Counted from the first letter of the stretch, positions 15,988 through 27,282 are shown. The stretch is 58,733 bases of DNA from an uncultured Clostridia bacterium (GCA_944380415.1 CALWHN010000002.1:1-58733), one strand, 5' to 3'. Numbers and translations are program-made. Notes: generated from the sequence alone by a model not told the origin.

Positions 15988-16726
15988 AAGCAATTGTTTC
16001 TGAAACGGTTGTTAAATTAAAACCCTGATCTTTCAACGTTTTAATTATATCTGGAAGGGCGTTTGCTGTTTCTTTGGTTGGGTGCATCAAAATTAAATCT
16101 CCGCCTGCTGCGTTTTTAACCGCGCGCGAATATATAAGTTCGCGGTCTTGGTCGCGCCAGTCAATTGTGTCGCGCGTCCACATAATTGTTGTGTATCCAA
16201 GTTCTTTGGCAACTTGAAGTGTTGTTTCGCTGTAGGAGCCGCTTGGCGGAGCAAAAAGCGTCATTTCAACATTTAAAAGCTCTTTTATTATGTCGGTTGT
16301 CTTTGAAATTTCGGTTTTGTTTATTTCAAGGCTTTTTTCCTTAAGGTCTGGGTGAGAATAGGCATGGTTTGCAATTTCGTGGCCGCCATCATAAATTTCC
16401 TTTAAAATTTCTGGATAGTCCTCGGCCCAAGAGCCGCCAATGAAGAACGTTGTTTTAACATCGTTTTCTTCAAGCGTTTCGAGCATTTTTGGAATGTATT
16501 CATTTCCCCAATAGACGTTTATCATGAGGCAGATGTTGTTGGATTCCGTGTTTCCTTGATAGATTGCCTCCTCTTGGGAAGAACTTGTAACATTTAAAAT
16601 TCCGCCTGCATAGGTTAGTGCAAAAAGTCCGATTAAAACGAAGCCAATTACACAGTTTGCAAAAATATTTCTAAACAAATTTGCCTTGTTCTTTTTGCTG
16701 TTATTAAAAAACCCACATATTTTCAT
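15986..16726 (-). CDS. polysaccharide deacetylase (NodB domain), sporulation PdaB-like
   Basis: N-terminal TM. INVYWGNEY...TTFFIGGSWAE...GHEIANHAYSHPDL is the NodB motif set with the PdaB-like first motif. Confidence 0.7.
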   Translation of the reverse strand: MKICGFFNNSKKNKANLFRNIFANCVIGFVLIGLFALTYAGGILNVTSSSQEEAIYQGNTESNNICLMINVYWGNEYIPKMLETLEENDVKTTFFIGGSWAEDYPEILKEIYDGGHEIANHAYSHPDLKEKSLEINKTEISKTTDIIKELLNVEMTLFAPPSGSYSETTLQVAKELGYTTIMWTRDTIDWRDQDRELIYSRAVKNAAGGDLILMHPTKETANALPDIIKTLKDQGFNLTTVSETIA

Positions 16727-16764
16727 ACATGGGTAATTTATGCTTTTTATTTCGCTAATAAAAC

Positions 16765-17028
16765 CTATTCTTTTGAAATTTTTTCCAAATATTGTTTAAC
16801 TGCCTGTGCTGCTTCTTGACTTTTAAAAGACTCTAAAATTTCTTTTGAAGCTTGGAGCTTTATTTTTTTGTCCTTTTCTTTTACAAAGTTGTAAGCAACA
16901 AGATTCAGCGGGGCAGAGCAGAACGGACAGAAATTGAAAATTTGATTTGGAACTTCAATCTTTAATTCTTTTCCGCAACTTTTACAGAAACTTTTTTTGT
17001 CAACTGTTTCAACACCAAATTTCATTGC
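16765..17028 (-). CDS. zinc-ribbon protein (CxxC...CxxC)
   Basis: Start chosen at 17028 (MKFGVE), after AAGGAG. CKSCG...CPFCS. 87 aa with a helical C-tail. Confidence 0.6.
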   Translation of the reverse strand, partial: AMKFGVETVDKKSFCKSCGKELKIEVPNQIFNFCPFCSAPLNLVAYNFVKEKDKKIKLQASKEILESFKSQEAAQAVKQYLEKISKE

Positions 17029-17035
17029 TTTCTCC

Positions 17036-18175
17036 TTATTCGAAAGTATATTGCTCTGTTCTTGGCGAAGGTTTTGCTTCTGGTTGAGCTGGTTTTGAAG
17101 TTCTGTAAATTTCAGATTCTTTTGTTTTGTAGGACTTGTCAACATAGAAGTCAATTGATCTTTCAAGGTCTTCTCTCATAACCATGTTTTCAAGCATTAC
17201 ATCGTTTAGCTTTCTGTAAAGTTCTTCGTCAATGTATGTGTCGTGGTTAACGCCAATTGTTAAGCAAATTGCTGTTCTGTCAAATGGGTCATCTTTAATT
17301 GTGTTTGTTGTTCTAATTGAATCTTGGTGGAGATCTTGGTTTTTCTCTTCAATTTTAAGTTCGATATATCTTTGATTAATTCCATATTTATCAACTTTTT
17401 GAGAAGGAGCAATTTGAGGCATGTCCGTGTAGCCAGTTGGGCTTATTAGCGTTTGCTCACGGAATTCTGAAATTCCTCTAACTTTTGAAGATGCTGTTAT
17501 AATTCTCTTTTTGGTGTAGAACCTTGAAGAACTTGTGTCAACAATGAGATGTTTTTCAACATTTGAATTGGAAAGTTTTGTCAACTTTGTTGCAATTGCG
17601 TTCGTTGTTGCAGAAATTGGAGCAGTGCTTGTAAAAAGCGAGGTCATATATTTATTTTCGTTTCCAGTAAGTTCGTTGTTGAAAATAAAATTTAGTTCAA
17701 CTTTTATGTCGCCATAATATCTGTCTAAAATTCCTAAATTTTGTGCAACAAGCTTGCTTGTTTCAATTGGCCATTTTAACTTTCTGTCGTCAAGATATTT
17801 TGTTTCTGTAATTCCGTTATACATGAACAAAATTTTTCTTTTATCTGCCTTGCGCAAAACTTCGGAAAGGTCGTTTGCAAAGATTTGAGCATAGTTGGAT
17901 TTTTCTTCGGTTGTTCCAGCAGGGTAGTAGAACAAATTTCCGCCAAGGAAAAATGCGCCGTCTTCCATATCGTTGATTCTCTTAATCTGATCCAAAAGAA
18001 TTTCAAGCCTTGGAGGGGTTTGAGGGTTTCCATAGAACAAATTTTGAATTGGAAGAAGCTCAATTTTTCTTTGACCTTTTGGAAGAACAATTGTTCCATA
18101 AAGGCCTTTTGCCTTTCTCTCTTCGGAAAGCCTTTGACTATAGGCCTTGTTGAGGACTCGTTGAAGTTTGTCCAT
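17036..18175 (-). CDS. degenerate (probably catalytically inactive) calcineurin-like phosphoesterase paralogue
   Basis: Strong GGAGGG RBS. Motif positions parallel the upstream gene, but the metal ligands are replaced: LLPIQNLFYG for TDNHWG, LGGNLF for NGDN, YNGITE for GNHD, VDTSS for DHGN. Confidence 0.5.
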   Translation of the reverse strand: MDKLQRVLNKAYSQRLSEERKAKGLYGTIVLPKGQRKIELLPIQNLFYGNPQTPPRLEILLDQIKRINDMEDGAFFLGGNLFYYPAGTTEEKSNYAQIFANDLSEVLRKADKRKILFMYNGITETKYLDDRKLKWPIETSKLVAQNLGILDRYYGDIKVELNFIFNNELTGNENKYMTSLFTSTAPISATTNAIATKLTKLSNSNVEKHLIVDTSSSRFYTKKRIITASSKVRGISEFREQTLISPTGYTDMPQIAPSQKVDKYGINQRYIELKIEEKNQDLHQDSIRTTNTIKDDPFDRTAICLTIGVNHDTYIDEELYRKLNDVMLENMVMREDLERSIDFYVDKSYKTKESEIYRTSKPAQPEAKPSPRTEQYTFE

Positions 18176-19316
18176 TTTTCCCTCCAGTTTTGTAGTAGTT
18201 ATTAATTAAATCGCGAACGGCTTTTCTATTGCCTGGGTTGAAATTGTTTCTTAGCTCTTCATATTTTTCCTTAAGCCTGTTCGCCTCTTCCATTCCAAAC
18301 CTCCAAAGTTCGTTTGGAATTGGCCTACAATCACAATAGACAGAGGTTTTGCTAAGGCTGCGCCTTTCTTTTTGGGTTGAACCAAGTAAATGTTCGTTCT
18401 TCTTTGTTCCAATTGTTATAAGCTTTAAATCGCTTGGAGCAGCTTCATATCTCTCTTCCAAAGCATACATTTCTTGGCCCATTGTTGCTGGAAGAATTAT
18501 AACAGAGATGTCATCGTTTATTGATTTTCCAGTTTCTGGGTCAATAACACGTTTGGTTCTATATTCTGCCATCATGTCTTGGTGGACATGGCCAAAGATT
18601 GCAACGTTTGCACCTTCGGATTTTGCAAGGTTAAGGCCCTTATCAAGCTTTGTTCCATCTCCGCCTTTTAAGCTGTTTCCGTGGTCTATAAAGATTTTAA
18701 CATCCTCATAGCCCTTTCTGTTGTCTGCTTTAAGCCTGATTGTTAGAAGCGTTGAAAATCTTGAATATTTTTCATAATAGGGCGTTCCAGCAAAGAAAGT
18801 TGCCAAAATATCCGTTCCAAAACTTTGGGTTCGCTTTCCGTTGTCGTGGTTTCCTGAATTTATGAAAAGCGTTTTGTTTTTAACTATTTCGTCCATGAAA
18901 ATTTCATACCAAAGTTTAAGTTCGATAACAGGAGAAAGGGCGTTGTCCAGCGGGCTGGAAACGCATTCTTCCGTGTTTATTGCATTGTTTCTGTTATCTC
19001 CGTTATAACCGAGATAGATGTTTGGACAATATTTTGCAATTAGCTGGGCAACGATTGAGGGCATGAAGTGGGATGAGATTGAACCCCAGTGGTTGTCTGT
19101 TAAAACTAAAAGACTGAAGTTGTCTCTGTTAGACATGTCATAGAAAAGGTGGTTAATTTGCTTTGGGGCTTCGTTTTTAATAATTTCGTTATAGGCCTTT
19201 GCAGCGGGATATTCCGGAAGTTCATCAGCTCTGAAAATGTTGGAAGTGAACCCTTTTTTTGTTGTAATTTTGGTGTTTTTCGCACCTGAAAAATCTTCAA
19301 TTGGTGGTGTTGCCAT
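18138..19316 (-). CDS. calcineurin-like metallophosphoesterase
   Basis: Start at 19316 (MATPPIE) after GAGGG, because the longer ORF-track start would lie inside the promoter -35. The motifs LTDNHWGS, NGDNRNN, SGNHDNG, IDHGN and FGHVHQD are intact. Confidence 0.7.
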   Translation of the reverse strand: MATPPIEDFSGAKNTKITTKKGFTSNIFRADELPEYPAAKAYNEIIKNEAPKQINHLFYDMSNRDNFSLLVLTDNHWGSISSHFMPSIVAQLIAKYCPNIYLGYNGDNRNNAINTEECVSSPLDNALSPVIELKLWYEIFMDEIVKNKTLFINSGNHDNGKRTQSFGTDILATFFAGTPYYEKYSRFSTLLTIRLKADNRKGYEDVKIFIDHGNSLKGGDGTKLDKGLNLAKSEGANVAIFGHVHQDMMAEYRTKRVIDPETGKSINDDISVIILPATMGQEMYALEERYEAAPSDLKLITIGTKKNEHLLGSTQKERRSLSKTSVYCDCRPIPNELWRFGMEEANRLKEKYEELRNNFNPGNRKAVRDLINNYYKTGGKNGQTSTSPQQGL

Positions 19317-19347
19317 GTGTCCCTCGCTAAGCTTTTTTTCTGAAAAT

Positions 19348-19376
19348 ATGATACTATAAATTTGAGAAAAAGTCAA
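19348..19376 (-). promoter_or_regulatory. sigma-A-type promoter of the phosphoesterase operon
   Basis: On the minus strand: TTGACT, 17-nt spacer, TATCAT. Confidence 0.55.
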
Positions 19377-19477
19377 TAGTTGTTTTGTTTTGAAGGCGGG
19401 ATTTGTCGAATTTTGTAGTTTTTAAACAAAATAAAAAAATCCCAAAATAGGCTCAAATGCCGGCGTTATGGGAAAGT

Positions 19478-20320
19478 TTAACTGTTTTTGTTTGTTGGAT
19501 ATTCATAAATATTTGCCCGCTTAGTTTCAGTTTCAATGTCAACTTGGCTTTGGTCTACAACAAGCGAGAAAATTTTGTTTGAGAGTTTGCTTTGTTTTGA
19601 ATGTTCTGCCTCCATAATGTGGTCTAAAAGCCCAGACGAATAGAAACTGAAATATGAATCCTTTGAAATGATAATGTGATCAACAAGGCCAACGCCAAGG
19701 ACGGAGAGGGCAGAGAAGATTTTTGATGTTGCAGAGATGTCTTCTCCGGAAGGTTGGGGATTTCCGTCTGGGTGGTTGTGGGTAACAATTACAAGGCTTG
19801 CGTTGTTTTTTATTGCAAATTCTGAAATTTTTCTGATGTCAAGCGAAATTTTGTTAACTGTTCCATCTGCAATTTTGTCAACTTTAATAAGTTCACTTTT
19901 CGGCGTTAGGCTTGCCATGTAAAAATTTTCGTTTGTTTTCTTGTCTAAAAACGCTCTAAAGAAATCTATAATCTGAGCGGGATTTGAAAGAAGCTGGGTT
20001 TGCTTTGTTTTTGTCTGTTCCATGTTGTAGTGAAAAATTTTACAGATTGATTTTAGCGTTCTTGCCGCAACTGGGCCAATTCCTTTGACGCTTAAAATTC
20101 TGTCATAGTCCGCTTCTAAAACATCGCCGATTGTTCCAAACTCATCTAAAAGGTTGTGGGCGAGGGGATTTGTGTCCTTCCTTGGAATGCAAAAGGTTAA
20201 AATATATTCCAAAATTTGAATTTCGCTCAAATTTTTTAAATCGGAAGTGTAAATCAAATTTTGAAGCCTTTTTCTGTGGTTAGCGTGGATTTGGCTTTTG
20301 TTTTTCTCTTTTGTCTCCAT
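19478..20320 (-). CDS. radC: RadC-like JAB/MPN domain protein
   Basis: HhH region (SVKGIGPVAARTL) plus the JAB motif HNHPDGNPQPSGEDI. About 50 extra residues at the C-terminus. Confidence 0.8.
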   Translation of the reverse strand: METKEKNKSQIHANHRKRLQNLIYTSDLKNLSEIQILEYILTFCIPRKDTNPLAHNLLDEFGTIGDVLEADYDRILSVKGIGPVAARTLKSICKIFHYNMEQTKTKQTQLLSNPAQIIDFFRAFLDKKTNENFYMASLTPKSELIKVDKIADGTVNKISLDIRKISEFAIKNNASLVIVTHNHPDGNPQPSGEDISATSKIFSALSVLGVGLVDHIIISKDSYFSFYSSGLLDHIMEAEHSKQSKLSNKIFSLVVDQSQVDIETETKRANIYEYPTNKNS

Positions 20321-20415
20321 TCTTCTTTATTATAACTTAAAGACAAAATTAAACAAAATTTTTAAAGTTTATTTTTTTAATTTGATTAAATTTAAATTTA
20401 TTATATAATCAAGAT

Positions 20416-20898
20416 ATGAGAATTCTTGGAATAGACCCAGGCTATGGAATTGTTGGATTTGGAATTATTGACTATGAAAATTCAAACTACAAAGTTGTTG
20501 ACTATGGCGTTATTGAAACGCCAAAGGAAGAGGATATTTCCGTTAGGCTTGCAATGATTTACGATGCAATTGGAAAGCTAACAGAAACGTTTAAGCCGGA
20601 CCAAATTGCCGTTGAGGAGCTTTTCTATTTCAAAAATCAAACAACTGTTATTCCAGTTGCAGAGGCAAGGGGCGTTATTCTTCTTGCGGCCGTTCACAGC
20701 TGCGGCGAAATTTTTGAATACACTCCGCTTCAAATTAAACAGGCCCTAACGGGAAATGGGCGAGCAGAAAAAGCCCAAGTTCAGTTCATGGTTAAGGCAA
20801 TTTTGGGGCTTGAAAAAATTCCAAAGCCAGATGATGCGGCAGACGCTCTTGCAGTTGCAATTTGCCATGCAAACTTTAATCAAACAATTGTTAGATAA
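20416..20898 (+). CDS. ruvC: crossover junction endodeoxyribonuclease RuvC
   Basis: MRILGIDPGYGIVGFG N-terminus, 160 aa, upstream of ruvAB. Confidence 0.9.
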   Translation: MRILGIDPGYGIVGFGIIDYENSNYKVVDYGVIETPKEEDISVRLAMIYDAIGKLTETFKPDQIAVEELFYFKNQTTVIPVAEARGVILLAAVHSCGEIFEYTPLQIKQALTGNGRAEKAQVQFMVKAILGLEKIPKPDDAADALAVAICHANFNQTIVR

Positions 20899-20922
20899 AA
20901 TAAAAGGTGTTATAATTTAGTT

Positions 20923-21507
20923 ATGATTAATTACTTAGTTGGAGAAATTGCTTATAAAAGCGAAAATTTAATTGTTATTGAAATTGGCGGCGTTGGATAT
21001 GAAATTAGCGTTTCTATGACAACGCTTGACAGCCTTCCTCCGGTTGGTTCTGTTTGCAAGGTTTACACATATCTAAACGTTAGAGAAGACGAACTTAGCC
21101 TCTTTGGTTTCTCTTCGGTTGAAGAGAAGGAAATGTTTTTAAAGCTGATTTCAGTTTCTGGAATTGGGCCAAGAGTTGCGCTTTCAATTCTTTCTGGAAT
21201 TAGGCTTTCGGATTTGGCCGTTGCAATTAAAACTGGCGACACAAAACTTCTTTCAACAATTAAAGGCCTTGGGAAAAAGACGGCAGAGAGAATTGTTTTG
21301 GAGCTTAAAGACAAAATTTCTGTTGTTGGCCTCTCTCACGAGCAGTTTGAAGAGCCTTTAAACGAGAGCATGATTGACGAAGCAACAGAGGCGCTTATTT
21401 CTCTTGGAATTAACAAAAACGAAGCATATAGGCTTGCAAGAGAGAACTCAAGCATGTGTGAAACAACAGAGGAAATAATTAGAAAAGTTTTCCAAAATTT
21501 GGGATAA
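20923..21507 (+). CDS. ruvA: Holliday junction helicase subunit RuvA
   Basis: [10 protein letters not shown]-terminus and HhH repeats ([22 protein letters not shown]). Confidence 0.9.
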   Translation: MINYLVGEIAYKSENLIVIEIGGVGYEISVSMTTLDSLPPVGSVCKVYTYLNVREDELSLFGFSSVEEKEMFLKLISVSGIGPRVALSILSGIRLSDLAVAIKTGDTKLLSTIKGLGKKTAERIVLELKDKISVVGLSHEQFEEPLNESMIDEATEALISLGINKNEAYRLARENSSMCETTEEIIRKVFQNLG

Positions 21508-21517
21508 GAGGAAAGAG

Positions 21518-22525
21518 ATGGATAACACAAGATTCATAACTAGCACAAAGAACATAACCGACAGCGAAATAGAAAATCGCCTTCGCCCAACAACAATGGA
21601 CGAATATGTTGGGCAAGAAAAAGTTAAGGCCAATTTAGAGGTTTACATTAAAGCCGCAAGGGAAAGAAAGGAGGCGCTTGACCACGTTCTTCTATATGGC
21701 CCTCCTGGCCTTGGAAAGACAACAATTTCCCACATAATCGCAAGTGAACTTGGAAGCCAAATTAAGGTTACTTCTGGTCCTGCAATTGAACATGCAGCAG
21801 ATTTAGCAGCAATTTTAACGAATTTAAATACGAACGATGTTTTGTTTATCGACGAAATCCACAGGCTTAACAAAAGCGTTGAGGAAATTTTATATCCAGC
21901 AATGGAGGATTTTGCGCTTGATTTCATCGTTGGAAAGGGCCCGTCTGCGCGAAACATGCGCCTTAAAATTAAACCGTTCACTTTAATTGGCGCAACAACC
22001 AGAGCGGGAATGATTTCAAGCCCTTTGCGAGACAGGTTTGGCGTTATTGCTCGCCTTGAGCTGTATTCGGACAAAGAGCTTGCAACAATCGTCTCTCGCT
22101 CGGCAAAAATTCTTTCAATTGAAATAGAGCCGGAGGCAACTCTTGAAATTGCAAAAAGAAGCCGTGGAACGCCAAGAATTGCAAACAGGCTTTTAAAGCG
22201 TGTTAGAGATTTTGCCCAAGTTATTGGAGAGGGAAAAATAACATATGAACTTGCAGACAAAGCACTTGGCCTTATGGAAGTTGATAAACTTGGGCTGGAC
22301 CACATTGACAGGCGAATTTTGGAAACAATGATAGACAAGTTTGGCGGCGGCCCGGTTGGCCTTGAAACTTTGGCTGCGGCAACGGGAGAGGAGGCCGCAA
22401 CAATTGAGGACGTTTATGAGCCATATCTAATTCAACTTGGCTACATTGCAAGGACGCCGCGAGGAAGAGTCGTTCTAGAGCCGGCGTATAATCACCTTGG
22501 AAAACCATTTCCACAACAAAATTAA
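21518..22525 (+). CDS. ruvB: Holliday junction helicase subunit RuvB
   Basis: [12 protein letters not shown], Walker [13 protein letters not shown], and DEIHRL. Confidence 0.95.
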   Translation: MDNTRFITSTKNITDSEIENRLRPTTMDEYVGQEKVKANLEVYIKAARERKEALDHVLLYGPPGLGKTTISHIIASELGSQIKVTSGPAIEHAADLAAILTNLNTNDVLFIDEIHRLNKSVEEILYPAMEDFALDFIVGKGPSARNMRLKIKPFTLIGATTRAGMISSPLRDRFGVIARLELYSDKELATIVSRSAKILSIEIEPEATLEIAKRSRGTPRIANRLLKRVRDFAQVIGEGKITYELADKALGLMEVDKLGLDHIDRRILETMIDKFGGGPVGLETLAAATGEEAATIEDVYEPYLIQLGYIARTPRGRVVLEPAYNHLGKPFPQQN

Positions 22526-22562
22526 CTAAAAGGAGCGGTCGCGTGGATTTGCGGCAGAGCTT

Positions 22563-24799
<2,237 letters not shown>

Positions 24800-24892
24800 T
24801 GTCGAATTTAACCTATAATTAAAAAAAACACAGAAAAAAATTTTGATAAAAAGAAATTGTATGTTATAAATTAATAAAAGAAGGAGAAAACA

Positions 24893-24994
24893 ATGATAAC
24901 AGCTGCGCTTTTAGGATTAACTGCAACACAAATTGTCGTTCCAATTTTGGCTGTTTTGGTTGTTGTCGTTTTGGTTTTTGCATTTTCATTATAG
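24893..24994 (+). CDS. 33-aa hydrophobic micro-protein (not in the ORF track)
   Basis: AAGGAG RBS 6 nt upstream of the ATG. MITAALLGLTATQIVVPILAVLVVVVLVFAFSL. Its stop overlaps the RBS of yajC. A TTGATA-16-TATAAA promoter lies upstream (24843-24870). Confidence 0.4.
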   Translation: MITAALLGLTATQIVVPILAVLVVVVLVFAFSL

Positions 24995-25003
24995 GAGATT
25001 TAT

Positions 25004-25597
25004 ATGTACTTTTTATTGGATTCAAACCCAGATGGAATAACACAATGGATTTTACCAATTGTTCTTTTGGTTTTAGTTGTTGGAATTTTTGTTTTAAATT
25101 ATTTTAGAAGCAAAAAAAGCCAAGAGTCAATGAAGAACATGGTTGACAGCCTTAAGGTTGGCGACAATGTCAAAACATACAGTGGCCTTTATGGAAAGAT
25201 CATCGAAATTGTTGAAACAACGGACGGAAAGGTTGCAATTTTGGAAACTGGAAGCGAGAAAAACAAGGGAATTTTTAGCATAGACATCAATGCAATCTAT
25301 GGAATAGATGAGAAAAAGCCTGTTGTTTATGATGCTGAAGGCAACATTGTTGACCCAGAGGGCGAGGCAAAAGAGGGCGAGGCTTCGGCCGAAGAAAAGC
25401 CAGCAGAACAGCAGCCAAAAGAGGAAAAGAAAAAGGGAAGAAAGAAAAGAGAAGCTGCTGCTGAACCTGTTGTTGCTGCTGAACCGGTTGAAACTGCTAA
25501 AGAGGCAGAGCCAGAGGTTGAAAAAGAGCCAGAGGCAGCGGAAACACCCGTTGCAGAAGAAAAGCCAAAAGCAAAGAAAAAATCTAAAAAACAATAA
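25004..25597 (+). CDS. yajC: preprotein translocase subunit YajC with a long E/K/A/P-rich C-terminal extension
   Basis: TM plus VGDNVKTYSGLYGKIIEI, the YajC core. About 90 extra low-complexity residues. Confidence 0.8.
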   Translation: MYFLLDSNPDGITQWILPIVLLVLVVGIFVLNYFRSKKSQESMKNMVDSLKVGDNVKTYSGLYGKIIEIVETTDGKVAILETGSEKNKGIFSIDINAIYGIDEKKPVVYDAEGNIVDPEGEAKEGEASAEEKPAEQQPKEEKKKGRKKREAAAEPVVAAEPVETAKEAEPEVEKEPEAAETPVAEEKPKAKKKSKKQ

Positions 25598-25695
25598 AGC
25601 CAATTAGGCTTTATTTTTTTGCAAAAATATTTTTATAAAACGCTTGTAAAATGAAAAAATAGTGATAAAATATATCCGTAACAAAGGAGAAGTTT

Positions 25696-26802
25696 ATGGA
25701 TTGGGGAGAAATTTGGAATACAATTAAAAACTTTTTTACAGACAACGTTTGGAACATAGTTGCATTTTTTGCAGCGCTAATAATTGGCCTTATTGTTATA
25801 AAACTTTTGCTAAATTTAACAAGAAAACTTTTTAGCAAAACAAGAATGGAAAAAGTTTCGCAAAAATTTTTATATAACATAATAAAATTCTGTTTATATC
25901 TTGTTTTAATCTTAATTTTGCTAAGCTTGCTTGGCGTTTCAATGACAGGCGTTTTGGCGGCGGTTAGCGCAGCAGTTTTGGCAATTGGCCTTGCCCTTCA
26001 AAACAACATTGCAAACCTTGCAAACGGAATTATAATTGTAACTTCAAAAATGTTTAAAAAGGGAGATTATATTGTTGTTGACGGCGTTGAGGGAAGCGTT
26101 GAGGAAATTAACTTTTTGTTTACAACAATTATGACGTCGGACAACAAGAAAATTACAATTCCAAATTCAACAATTATAAACAGTTCTGTTATCAACTCTG
26201 GTGCAAACGCAACGAGAAGAATTGATTTAACTTTTAGCGTTGCCTATGAAAGCGATGTTGAAAAAGTTAAAAAAATTGTTGTTGATGTTATGAAAAGCGA
26301 TGGCCGCGTTCTTTTGGACCCAGCGCCATTTTGCCGCCTTAAAACTCTTGGCGCTAGCAGCATAGATTTTTTTGCAAACTGTTGGGTTGATGGCGAAGAT
26401 TATTGGGATGTTTATTACTACATTATGGAAACAGTTTACAATGAGTTCAAAAAGAACAAAATTTCAATTCCATACAATCAAATTGAAGTTAGAAACAGAA
26501 CGGATAAAGTTGTTCTTCCATATGACAAAGAGCCGCTTCAAAAGCGAGTTGAAAAGGTTAGGGTTGAGAAGAAACACAGAATAAACCTTGAAACAGATAG
26601 TTTATCTGACATTTTTAAACACAAGAAAAAAGAAAAGAAGAGAAAGGGCAAAGTTCAGGAAGAAAAGTCTTTAAATGAAAAAGAAGAACCTCAGCTTGAA
26701 ATTTCAAAAATAAACATAGCGCCAGAAGAAAAGAAAGAGAGCGAGAAAGCTCTTGAAACAAAGCCCGAACAAAAAAAGAGAAAAAAGAAAAACGCCGAAT
26801 AA
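25696..26802 (+). CDS. MscS-family mechanosensitive channel
   Basis: Three TMs plus GDYIVVDGVEGSVEEINFLFTTIMTSDNKKITIPNS. K/E-rich tail. Confidence 0.85.
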   Translation: MDWGEIWNTIKNFFTDNVWNIVAFFAALIIGLIVIKLLLNLTRKLFSKTRMEKVSQKFLYNIIKFCLYLVLILILLSLLGVSMTGVLAAVSAAVLAIGLALQNNIANLANGIIIVTSKMFKKGDYIVVDGVEGSVEEINFLFTTIMTSDNKKITIPNSTIINSSVINSGANATRRIDLTFSVAYESDVEKVKKIVVDVMKSDGRVLLDPAPFCRLKTLGASSIDFFANCWVDGEDYWDVYYYIMETVYNEFKKNKISIPYNQIEVRNRTDKVVLPYDKEPLQKRVEKVRVEKKHRINLETDSLSDIFKHKKKEKKRKGKVQEEKSLNEKEEPQLEISKINIAPEEKKESEKALETKPEQKKRKKKNAE

Positions 26803-26839
26803 GGCGTTTTTTACTTATTACTTATAGTTTGACTATTTT

Positions 26840-27274
26840 TTAATTTACTTCAATCAAAACTGAAACTGGGCCGTCGTTTGTTTGGGTTATTTGCATGTTT
26901 GCGCCAAAAACGCCGGAAAAGACGCGTTTAGGGCAGTTTGCTTTCAAAATTTCAACAAACTTTTCAAACAGCGGTTTTGCCTTTTCCGGCGAAAGCGCCT
27001 GGGAAAAGCTTGGCCTAAAGCCGTGGGAAGTTTGGGCATAAAGAGTGAAGTTTGGAATAATTAAAAAGCTTCCGCTGTTTGGATTGTTTATCTTTCCGTT
27101 TTGATCTTGAAAAATTCTAAGCCCCAAAAGTTTGTTTGCAGCGCTTGGAAGATGGCCTTCAAAATCGCCCTCTTTAAAGCCAACATATGCAACAATTCCT
27201 CTTTCTATTTGACAAATTTTTTCTCCGCCTATTTCAAGCTTTGCGTTAAGAACTCTTTGAACCAAAATTCTCAT
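26840..27274 (-). CDS. dtd: D-aminoacyl-tRNA deacylase
   Basis: MRILVQRV N-terminus, 144 aa, SQFTLYA-like NFTLYAQ motif and GPV near the C-terminus. Confidence 0.9.
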   Translation of the reverse strand: MRILVQRVLNAKLEIGGEKICQIERGIVAYVGFKEGDFEGHLPSAANKLLGLRIFQDQNGKINNPNSGSFLIIPNFTLYAQTSHGFRPSFSQALSPEKAKPLFEKFVEILKANCPKRVFSGVFGANMQITQTNDGPVSVLIEVN

Positions 27275-27282
27275 CTATTCTC

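Noticed and set aside
17036-18175. Reading the 379-aa ORF as a frameshifted continuation (pseudogene) of the upstream phosphoesterase gene.
   Set aside because: It has its own strong GGAGGG RBS and ATG, and it repeats the whole motif series from the beginning. It is a separate paralogous gene rather than a broken 3' half.
21643-22338. A 231-aa ORF antisense to ruvB. The same applies to 6060-6497 (antisense floA), 37566-38102 (antisense tsaD), 41362-41862 (antisense plsC), 50817-51266 (antisense comM) and 55372-55830 (antisense truB).
   Set aside because: These are shadow ORFs opposite genes with unambiguous family motifs. They have no RBS and serine/leucine-rich nonsense composition.
25127-25607. 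Two long alternative-frame ORFs (158 aa minus strand, 99 aa plus strand) over the 3' half of yajC.
   Set aside because: They arise from the purine-rich low-complexity repeat that encodes the E/K/A/P tail. There are no independent start signals.
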